Part shown: positions 56,792-64,000 of the stretch, one piece after another | Numbering within the stretch: position 1 is the stretch's first letter | Layout: every line of letters starts with the position of its first letter | Assembly (NCBI GenBank): GCA_051252135.1 | Contig: JBPOGH010000010.1 | Coordinates: 96,001 to 160,000 of the forward strand | DNA length: 64,000 nucleotides | Direction: 5' to 3' | Source of the DNA: Verrucomicrobiaceae bacterium | GTDB lineage: Bacteria > Verrucomicrobiota > Verrucomicrobiia > Verrucomicrobiales > Akkermansiaceae | Translations under genes and position numbers: made by a program | The notes under the pieces: model-generated | Database searches by the model: none | Told to the model about the DNA's origin: nothing | The model's input: only the letters and a program-made list of their open reading frames with translations

Positions 56792-58546
56792 TTACGGGGA
56801 GTTGGGCCTTTTTGACGGTATTTTGGGAAGGGTCGTGAGGCTCCCGGGGTGTTCGAGGAGGGTGAGTCCGGGGCGTGGGGGGATGCCGCAGGCGGTTGAG
56901 GCGATGACGGGGATGCCTTGGGCGAGGGCCTGGAGGAGGAGGCGGGGTTGGTTTTCGACGTAGGCGGGGAGGACGACGGCGTCGCAGGTGGAGAGGTCGG
57001 CGGGGGTGGCTTGGTGCCAGTGGCACTCGCTGAGCGGGTTGGTTTCGTTTTCGGTGGCTCGGCCGAGGATGTGGAGTTCGATGTTGTTTTCCTTGGCCCA
57101 GGCGGCGAGCTCGAAGACGCCTTTGCGGGCGAGGGGAGAAGCGGGGAAGAAAGCGCGTTGAATTTTGAACTCTGAACTTTGAAGGTTGAACTCTGAAGGG
57201 GGGGCTCTGGGGAGGTGCCAGTCGAGTTGGATGACTTCGGTGTTGGGGAAGCGGGTGCGGAGGTCTTGGGCGAGGGCGTGGTGGGGGGTGACGAGGCGGG
57301 TGGCGGCGGCGAGGGCCCGGGACTCGGCGGCGAGGAGATCTTTGGGGGCGCGGAAGTCGGTGAGGGTGGTGCTTTCGGGATGGGTGCTGGCGGCTTCGTT
57401 GAGGCGGTCGTGGAGGGCTTCGAGGGGCCAGCGGGTCATGAGGACATCGAAGGTGCGGCCGCCGAGGGTGCCGATTTCTGCGAGGTGGGGGAGTAGGGAT
57501 TGGGAGATGGTGAGGTGTTGGACGCGATGGTCGAGCTGGCGGTGGTAGGCCCGGGCGAGGAGGCGGTCGAACTTGAGGAGGAGTTTTTGGCGTTCGGCGC
57601 CTTGGGCGGAGATGGTGCGCATGGCCCAGGAGCGGCGGGCGGTGACGGTGAGGGCGGCTTCGCGGGGGCGGTCGAGGGTCCAGGCGTAGTTGGGCTTGTG
57701 GCGGCGGGAGCCATCGAGGGGGAGGAAGGCGACGGAGGAGTCGTCTTGCTGGCTGCGGCACCATGTGTCGTGCTCGGGCCAGTGGGCGTCGAGGAGGAAG
57801 GCCTTGCGGCCGAAGGTCATGGAGGCGGCGGAGGTGGGTTGGCTGCGGAAGCAGGTGGCGTGATTGCAGGTGAGGCAGTTGCCGAGGGAGTCGGGTTGTT
57901 GGAGGGACTCCGGGGTTTGCTCAGAAGGGGAGAGTTCCCCGGCGGCGCAGACTTTGAGAATGAGGTGGTCTTTGCTGAGGCTGGCGCGGAGGACATAGTC
58001 GACGGGGGCGGTGAAGCGGAGGTCGACGTAGTTCCAGAAGACGGTGGCGTCCCGTCCTTTTTCGGCGAGGGAGCCGGCGATGACGCGGGTGTGGGCGTGG
58101 CGTTCGTTGATGGTGAAGCCGCATTGGAGGGCGAGATCGTAGAGGCCGTTGGAGAGTTGGCAGAGGCCGCCGCCGATATTGGGGACGATGCATCCTTCAC
58201 GGAGTTCGCGTCCGGTGGTGAAGCCGCGACGTCTTGAGGTGCGTCCGATTTGTTTCCAGAAGCTGAAGGTTTGGCCGGCGGGGATGTGGAGGCCGTCGAG
58301 GAGGCGGCAGGCGAGGCGGAGGTTTTGGACTTTGCCGGCGGCGAGATCGAGCTCGGCGGGGTGGTCGATGTGCCAGAGGAAGGAGCGGTGGGCGGCGCGC
58401 TCGGGTGGGGAGTGGGTGGTTTTGGAAAAGCGTTTTAGGCCGGAAGGGAGATTGAGGAGGGTGCGGCGGGCCTGGAGGATTCTCGACTTTAGCCAAAATT
58501 TACCGGCCTGGGAGCGGGTGTGTTTGGTGTCGAGGGGGGCTTGCAT
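56792..58546 (-). CDS. VanW-domain protein fused to a glycosyltransferase-like (GT-B) domain
   Basis: GKVQNLRLA, FSFWKQIG, GGGLCQLSN, ERHAH, DATVFWNYVDLRF; C-terminal VVLPAYVENQPR.LL.ALA.GIPVIAS. Confidence 0.8.
   Translation of the reverse strand: MQAPLDTKHTRSQAGKFWLKSRILQARRTLLNLPSGLKRFSKTTHSPPERAAHRSFLWHIDHPAELDLAAGKVQNLRLACRLLDGLHIPAGQTFSFWKQIGRTSRRRGFTTGRELREGCIVPNIGGGLCQLSNGLYDLALQCGFTINERHAHTRVIAGSLAEKGRDATVFWNYVDLRFTAPVDYVLRASLSKDHLILKVCAAGELSPSEQTPESLQQPDSLGNCLTCNHATCFRSQPTSAASMTFGRKAFLLDAHWPEHDTWCRSQQDDSSVAFLPLDGSRRHKPNYAWTLDRPREAALTVTARRSWAMRTISAQGAERQKLLLKFDRLLARAYHRQLDHRVQHLTISQSLLPHLAEIGTLGGRTFDVLMTRWPLEALHDRLNEAASTHPESTTLTDFRAPKDLLAAESRALAAATRLVTPHHALAQDLRTRFPNTEVIQLDWHLPRAPPSEFNLQSSEFKIQRAFFPASPLARKGVFELAAWAKENNIELHILGRATENETNPLSECHWHQATPADLSTCDAVVLPAYVENQPRLLLQALAQGIPVIASTACGIPPRPGLTLLEHPGSLTTLPKIPSKRPNSP
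57159..57200. repeat. Six tandem TGAANNN heptamers inside the vanW-like CDS
   Basis: TGAATTT TGAACTC TGAACTT TGAAGGT TGAACTC TGAAGGG. Confidence 0.75.
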
Positions 58547-58666
58547 TTGGGCGGTTGGAGAGCGGGGCGTGGGGCGTGGGGCGTGGTTGGAGGGTGTGGG
58601 CCTGCGGGTGGTTTTTTTTGGCGGGCGGGGTGCCGGGCTTGGCCTTTTTCTTGTGGGGGGTGGGGA

Positions 58667-58749
58667 CCCAGGGCGATGCCCTGGGCTGGTATATTTAGGG
58701 CCTTTGGCCCTTGGGAGGTGGGGGGGCGACGGTCATAGACCGTCGCTAC
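58667..58749. repeat. Cluster of REP-like palindromes
   Basis: CCCAGGGC-GAT-GCCCTGGG, AGGGCC-TTT-GGCCCT, and minus-strand GTAG-CGACGGTC-TAT-GACCGTCG. Confidence 0.6.
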
Positions 58750-58755
58750 AAGATT

Positions 58756-60966
58756 TTATTGGGAGAGGGTGATGCGTTTATCGGCGGTGAGATTGACGAG
58801 GTCCTGAAGGACGTGGAGCCCTTCGCGGTGGATGGGGTCGAGCCCGCTGGGCCAGTCGGGGGTGTCGTCGAGGTTGGCAATTTCATCGTCGAGGAGACGC
58901 ATGTAGCTTTGGTCATCGTGATCGGGATCGGCGATGGGGAGGGATTCGGCATCTGCGTCATCGAGGGTGAGGCGGTAGATTTTCATGGCCTGGTCATCGG
59001 ATTTTTTGACCTCGGCAAAGCGGGCGCGGCGCTCGGCATTGCGTTCTTTTAAGCGCGCTTCCGCTTCGGTGAGTTCGGCGATTCTTTTTTCAAGATTGAG
59101 CGAGGTGTAGGGGTCGGCGTCTTCTTTTTTGATTCGCAGGATGTCCTCCTGGAGGTAGTGGAAGTCCTTTTGGGCCGAGATGCGGTCGGCGCTTTTTTTA
59201 CGGAGAGGGTCGATGAAGAGGTCCTTGCGGGGGAGGGGTTCGAAGCCGTCGGCCTTGCGGATGTCATCGTAGGGGAGGGCGAAGTCCATGAAGGCTTCGC
59301 CGTACTCGCTGGCATCGCCGATGCCGGGGAGGATGATGTCGGGGATGACGCCGCGTTGTTGGACGGATCCGCCGGAGACGCGGTAGTATTTTCCGGTGGT
59401 GAACTTGACCCAGCCGGCGCGGTCGCGGTCGGCAAAAACGGGCATGTATCGTGAGATGTCGATGGGTTGCTGGATGGTTCCTTTTCCGAAGGTGGAGGAT
59501 TCTCCGACGACGACGGCGCGGTTGTAGTCCTGGAGGGCGGCGGCGAGGATTTCGGTGGCGGAAGCGCTGCTCTTATCGGTGAGCATGACGAGAGGTCCTT
59601 CGTAGAGGGGTTTGCGGAGGGTTGATTTGAGGGACTGGACGTCACCGCTGGTGGTTCTGGTCTGGACGACGGGGCCGCGGGGGACGAAGAATCCGGCGAC
59701 GCGGGCGACTTCATCGAGGGAGCCTCCGCCATTGGCGCGGAGGTCGAGGACGATGCCATCGACCTGGTCCTTCATGAGGCGGCGGATGATGATCTCGAGG
59801 TCGTTTGAGACGCTCTTGCTGCCGCGTCCGAAGGTGAAATAAAATGAGGGGATATCGATGAGTCCGAGTTTTTTACCGGTGACGAGTTCGATGACCTTGG
59901 CGGTGACGAGTTCATCCTTGATGGTGACGGTGCCGCGCTCGATGACGACGACGTGTCCGGGAGCGTCGGGGCCGTCGCCCTCGCTGATTTTCAGTCCGAC
60001 CTTGGTGCCTTTTTTACCGAGGATTTTTTCAACGACCTTGCTGATGGGGAGGAACATGACGGACTCGAAATTTCCATCGTTGAGGGAATCGACGGCGACG
60101 ATGCGGTCGCTCAGCTTGAGGTCGCCCTGTTTGTCTGCCGGGCCGCCGTTGACGATGCCGCGAATTTTGGTGGCTCCGTCATCCTCGGCGGTGAGGGAGG
60201 CGCCGATGCCGACGAGCTCGTTGCTGACATTGATGCGGAACTGCTCGTGTTCGCGCGGGCTTTGGTATTCGCAATGTGGGTCGTGCGAGCGGGCGACGGC
60301 GCTGAAGACGTAGTTGGCGATGTCCTCCTTACCGGATTCGAGGATGGCTTTGAGGAAGCGCTCGTAGCGGAGGGAGATTTTCTTTTCGGCGCTCATTCCG
60401 GATTTGAACGGGCTTTCCTTGCCCTGGGCTTCGGCGAGGTGGTTGAGGCGTTCGCGGCGGACGTGCTCGCTCAAGAGGGTGTTTTTGAGGTCGAGCTTCC
60501 AGCGTTGGCGGAGGGTGTCGACATTTTGCGGCCAGGGTTCGTCCTCGTGGTCGGTGATGATTTTTTCATCGGAGTCGAAGGTGAATTTTTCTTTTTCGAG
60601 AAGGGCCTGGACGATGGAGACGTGTTCCTTGACGCGGGAGCGGTAGAGCTCGAATACCTCTTCGGCAGGTTCGAGGGCATCGCCTTGGGTGAGGAGTTCG
60701 TGGAATTGTTTTCCGTATTGGTCCCGGAAGCCGTCGATCTCAGGCTGGGTGAAGAAGGATTTATTGGGGTCGAGAGTGTCGAGGTAGGTGTTGAAGAAGC
60801 GGAGGCCTAATTCCTCGTTGTAGGGGATTCGTGCGTAGTGGCCATTTTGGAGGAGGCGAATCATTTCGCTGCCGACGAGGTTGAGGTCGGCAGCGGGAGC
60901 CGGGGACGAAAGGAGGCTGGCAGCGACGAGAGGAGCCAGGGCGAAGCGAAGGAGTGAAGGCATCAT
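58756..60966 (-). CDS. prc: Carboxy-terminal processing (tail-specific) protease, S41A
   Basis: LDPNKSFF, GIGASL PDZ domain, DLRANGGGSL, SASATEI, TFGKGT. Confidence 0.9.
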   Translation of the reverse strand: MMPSLLRFALAPLVAASLLSSPAPAADLNLVGSEMIRLLQNGHYARIPYNEELGLRFFNTYLDTLDPNKSFFTQPEIDGFRDQYGKQFHELLTQGDALEPAEEVFELYRSRVKEHVSIVQALLEKEKFTFDSDEKIITDHEDEPWPQNVDTLRQRWKLDLKNTLLSEHVRRERLNHLAEAQGKESPFKSGMSAEKKISLRYERFLKAILESGKEDIANYVFSAVARSHDPHCEYQSPREHEQFRINVSNELVGIGASLTAEDDGATKIRGIVNGGPADKQGDLKLSDRIVAVDSLNDGNFESVMFLPISKVVEKILGKKGTKVGLKISEGDGPDAPGHVVVIERGTVTIKDELVTAKVIELVTGKKLGLIDIPSFYFTFGRGSKSVSNDLEIIIRRLMKDQVDGIVLDLRANGGGSLDEVARVAGFFVPRGPVVQTRTTSGDVQSLKSTLRKPLYEGPLVMLTDKSSASATEILAAALQDYNRAVVVGESSTFGKGTIQQPIDISRYMPVFADRDRAGWVKFTTGKYYRVSGGSVQQRGVIPDIILPGIGDASEYGEAFMDFALPYDDIRKADGFEPLPRKDLFIDPLRKKSADRISAQKDFHYLQEDILRIKKEDADPYTSLNLEKRIAELTEAEARLKERNAERRARFAEVKKSDDQAMKIYRLTLDDADAESLPIADPDHDDQSYMRLLDDEIANLDDTPDWPSGLDPIHREGLHVLQDLVNLTADKRITLSQ

Positions 60967-61084
60967 GAGGAGAGTGGTGCGGGGATTGTTCCGCTATAAA
61001 AGAGCGTCACCAAACTACTCTCTTTTCAGGGATATTCGAGAATGATTTACGTGGTTTGGGAGGTCAATTGATCAAGCGGGGGAC

Positions 61085-61118
61085 AAAAAAATCCGGGACT
61101 GCGGAGGCAGGCCCGGAT
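61085..61118 (-). terminator. Intrinsic terminator
   Basis: ATCCGGGACTGC-GGAG-GCAGGCCCGGAT with an upstream A run (T tract on the minus strand). Confidence 0.7.
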
Positions 61119-61140
61119 GGGTGTTAGGGATGAAGTGTGA

Positions 61141-62511
61141 TTACTCTTCTTCCTTCTCTTCCGCTTTGGGGGCCCGGGGGATGGCGATGGGAGGGGTGAC
61201 GGCTTCGATGCGCTTGCGGGGTTTGTTGGCTCCTTCCGGGGGCTTGCCGGGGGTCATGATGCTGGGTGCGCCTTGAACGTTCGGCTTGGGGGCGACGGGT
61301 GCCGGGGTGGTGCCTGCGGGTTTCGCGGGAGCGGGTGGGGCTTTCATCTTCTGCAGCTTGGAGATGGGCTTGAGAAGGGGTGCGACGACGAAGTTTGAAA
61401 CGAGGAAGTGGCGGCCTTCGAGGGCTTTTTGCTGCGCGAATTTTTGTTCCTCGAGCCTCTTGTTTTTGACGAGGGCCTGGTAGCCGGCTTTTTGTGCTTC
61501 GGTGGCGTCCTCGCCGGGCTTGACGGGATCCTTGGGGCCGGAGGTGAGTTTGAAGCTTACGATGTAGTTCCGGTTGTCGGTTTTTTCTTCCTTGTCGTCT
61601 TTTTTATCGTCCTTCTTTTCCGGCTCGGCCTTCTTTTCGGGAACGATGTGGAAGGCGTAAGTGATGCCGGATGCGGTCTCGATGATGACGTCGCGCGCGT
61701 CCTCTTTGGCGGCGCGTTTTTCGACCTCCTTTTCAGAAAGCAGCTCAATGAAGGTGCTGGTTTCCATGAGGTTTCTGAGCGGGGCGGTGCCGGTGATTTC
61801 GGTTTCGAGATCGTCGCGGAGGCCTTCGAGCTGGAAGTTGTCCCCTGCGGTCTTGCGGCTGACGGTCCAGGGTTGGACGAGCTCGTTATGAGGTTTCATT
61901 TCGATGCGGAGAGGGGCTTCGACCTTGGGGAGTTTTTTGTCGATCCATCCGACGGAGCTGGTGGGGAGGGAGTCGAATCCTTCTTCCACGATGTAGACTC
62001 CGGTGGGGTCATCGGAGAAGCGGACGAAGCGGGCTTCGGTGCCGCCATTTCCGCCGGTGCTTTCGCTGGGCTTGCCGATGTAGACGGAGCGGGTGGGTGC
62101 GCCATCGGGTCCGAGGACGGTGAGGACGCGGGGCCGGTCGGCGGGGTCTTCGGCGGATTCATCGAGACCGAAGCGGGCCCAGTGTTCCGCGGTGGCGGGA
62201 AGGCCTTGCACGATCTTGAGCTTGCGGACGGCATCGAAGGCGCGCGAGAGGCTGCCGAGGGTGGCGGGGTAGTCGCCTTCTTCGGCGACGATCCAGCTAT
62301 TTTCAGCGAGCTTGATGGTGGAGGTGTTCTCGCCGTTGAGATAGACGAGTCCGGTTGATTCGCGTAGTTCGCTTGCTTCAAAAACGGTGTCGCCCTGGTT
62401 GAGGTCGGTATCGTTTTGAGCGGCCCGGTTTTTCTGGCCTTTGAGGGTGAAAACAATGACGCCCGCGACGAGTGCGAGCACCCAGAGGATCAAGAGATGG
62501 AGACGTGACAT
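61141..62511 (-). CDS. DUF4340-like membrane-anchored protein
   Basis: TM anchor, W.V....YPA, FGL, IGK, FVR, W.DK pattern; downstream of a GldG-like gene. Confidence 0.7.
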   Translation of the reverse strand: MSRLHLLILWVLALVAGVIVFTLKGQKNRAAQNDTDLNQGDTVFEASELRESTGLVYLNGENTSTIKLAENSWIVAEEGDYPATLGSLSRAFDAVRKLKIVQGLPATAEHWARFGLDESAEDPADRPRVLTVLGPDGAPTRSVYIGKPSESTGGNGGTEARFVRFSDDPTGVYIVEEGFDSLPTSSVGWIDKKLPKVEAPLRIEMKPHNELVQPWTVSRKTAGDNFQLEGLRDDLETEITGTAPLRNLMETSTFIELLSEKEVEKRAAKEDARDVIIETASGITYAFHIVPEKKAEPEKKDDKKDDKEEKTDNRNYIVSFKLTSGPKDPVKPGEDATEAQKAGYQALVKNKRLEEQKFAQQKALEGRHFLVSNFVVAPLLKPISKLQKMKAPPAPAKPAGTTPAPVAPKPNVQGAPSIMTPGKPPEGANKPRKRIEAVTPPIAIPRAPKAEEKEEE

Positions 62512-62548
62512 GGTGTTCTGTTGTTAACGGTTGATTTGATCAGATGGT

Positions 62549-64000
62549 TTAGCGTGCCTGGGTGGCGACGCGGCGGTAGAGGAAGATGCCGATGCCAGCG
62601 AGGAAGACGATGGCGGGCACCGAGAGGATGGTTTTCCAGAAGATGCCGGATTTGATGGCGTCCTCCGAAGCCTGATAGTCTTTTTCGAGTTCGCGGATGC
62701 TCTTGGCGGCAGCGACCTGTTGTTCGCGCAGTTTGGCGATGGTTTCCTGCTGCTCTTCGCTGAGGAAGGGAGAGCGGCTGTCTTCGCGCTGGGCCTGGAG
62801 CTTTTGAATTTCTTCGGTGGCTTTGGTTTCCTCTTCGCGAAGCTTGTCGATTTTCTCACCGGTGAGTTCCTTGAAGCGGGTGCTCATTTCCTGAAAGACG
62901 GTGAAGGGGCGCCAGTTCGGAGTGCGGGCGCGGGCTCCGACAAGGTACTTCGAGTTGGTGGCCTGATCGAGGATATTGAAGACGAGGGGTCCGTTATCCG
63001 AGAGTTGTTGCGGGATGCCTCCGCCATTGCGCCCTCCGATGGAGAGCATGCGGTAGGCGGCTCCATCGTAGAGGAAGTCGGAATCGGAGAAGAGGTAGAG
63101 GTGGCCCTTGGCCTCGCCTGTCTTGAGGGAGGCCTTTTTGGCTTCTTCGAGTTCGGCTTGTTCCTCCTGGGTTTTCTCGACGATTTGGTTCTCCAGTTCG
63201 TTTCCGGGGTTTCCATCGGGGAAGGCGGTGGAGAAGTTTCCGCTGAGGTAGACGAGGAGGTCGTATTGCTTGTCGGTGGAGCGCAGCTTGAAGCGGAGGT
63301 TTTGAATCGATTCCGGATTGGTGACATCGGACGCGGGGACAAAGCCGGACTGACGTGAGCTGCGAATGAGACGGGAAATCTCGAGGCCCTGAGCGTTGAT
63401 TTCGGTGAAGGCACCGGCGTAGCCGAAGAGGAGGTTGTCGATGGAGGCGAGGGCGATGTCGTCCTCGACGGGCATGTTCTCCTTGTTGTAGTTCAGCAGG
63501 GTGGGGTTGTTCTGCATGCCGTGCTTGCCATCGGCGAGAACCTGTTGCTCATCGAACTTGATTCCGTAGCCCTCGAAGAGCTTGGGAAGTGATGAGCTGG
63601 TGGGGGTGCCACCCTGGGAAGGCATGCCGGGGATTTGAGGTCCGGGTGCGGATTGTTGGGCGGCGATGGAGAAGGAATCGACGCAGGCGAGGACGGTGCC
63701 TCCGCGGAGGAGGTATTGGTCGAGTTGGTACTCGGCCTCCTGGGTGATGCCGGCGGGGTGGATGACGAGGATGACGGGGATCTTTTTGGGATCGAGTAGC
63801 TCCGGTGCCTCGCCCCATTCCTGATCATCGTAGATGAAGGAGAGGCGGTCGGTGACGCCGATGCCGAGGTCGACGAGATTGTAGGCGCGCTGGAGATACT
63901 GGGCGAAGATCCAGCCCTGTCCGCGCTGGCCGCCGGTGGTCAGGTTGAGGGCGGAGACGAGACCGACGGTGGGTTTGTTCTCGGCGGAGACCTCGGCGAT
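62549..64000 (-). CDS. GldG-family / ABC-type auxiliary component (5'-partial)
   Basis: Frame open to the window edge: KPTVGLVS.L, LVIHP, YQLDQYLLRGG.VL.CVD, SDSDFL, RPFTVF, C-terminal TM helix. Confidence 0.82.
   Translation of the reverse strand: MAEVSAENKPTVGLVSALNLTTGGQRGQGWIFAQYLQRAYNLVDLGIGVTDRLSFIYDDQEWGEAPELLDPKKIPVILVIHPAGITQEAEYQLDQYLLRGGTVLACVDSFSIAAQQSAPGPQIPGMPSQGGTPTSSSLPKLFEGYGIKFDEQQVLADGKHGMQNNPTLLNYNKENMPVEDDIALASIDNLLFGYAGAFTEINAQGLEISRLIRSSRQSGFVPASDVTNPESIQNLRFKLRSTDKQYDLLVYLSGNFSTAFPDGNPGNELENQIVEKTQEEQAELEEAKKASLKTGEAKGHLYLFSDSDFLYDGAAYRMLSIGGRNGGGIPQQLSDNGPLVFNILDQATNSKYLVGARARTPNWRPFTVFQEMSTRFKELTGEKIDKLREEETKATEEIQKLQAQREDSRSPFLSEEQQETIAKLREQQVAAAKSIRELEKDYQASEDAIKSGIFWKTILSVPAIVFLAGIGIFLYRRVATQAR

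Overview
GC-rich bacterial chromosome segment, most likely Verrucomicrobiota. This is inferred from two PEP-CTERM proteins, an ECF sigma/FecR pair, a DUF1080 protein, a GldG/DUF4340 pair and TGTTC-N4-GAACA-like boxes upstream of recA. Most of the window is housekeeping or envelope genes: skp/ompH, ndk, recA, ubiE/menG, hisC, mnmE, cobB, gspE/gspF, lpdA, rapA, a MacAB-TolC-type exporter, asnS, cbpA/cbpM and a tail-specific protease. Structure not explained by the ORF track: (1) a 209-bp IS5-type MITE, present as 4 full and 1 truncated copy in two tandem arrays anchored on CTAG stop codons; (2) an AT-richer run of minus-strand genes (5.8-8.2 kb) with matched GTT/AAC core sites, resembling a decayed integron cassette array without an integrase; (3) a PEP-CTERM gene flanked by a perfect 58-bp duplication of the 3' end of an ABC permease gene; (4) a probable 6S RNA; (5) many promoters placed 5-6 nt upstream of start codons, suggesting leaderless mRNAs. 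Candidate uncharacterised systems: a Zn-ribbon MotA/TolQ/ExbB motor with two different ExbD-like partners (one lacking the key Asp), an orphan GriC/GriD (EhpF/EhpG)-like carboxylate reductase + Fe-ADH + beta-propeller lipoprotein operon, and an MbnP-MbnH fusion. All calls were made by eye; no database searches were run.
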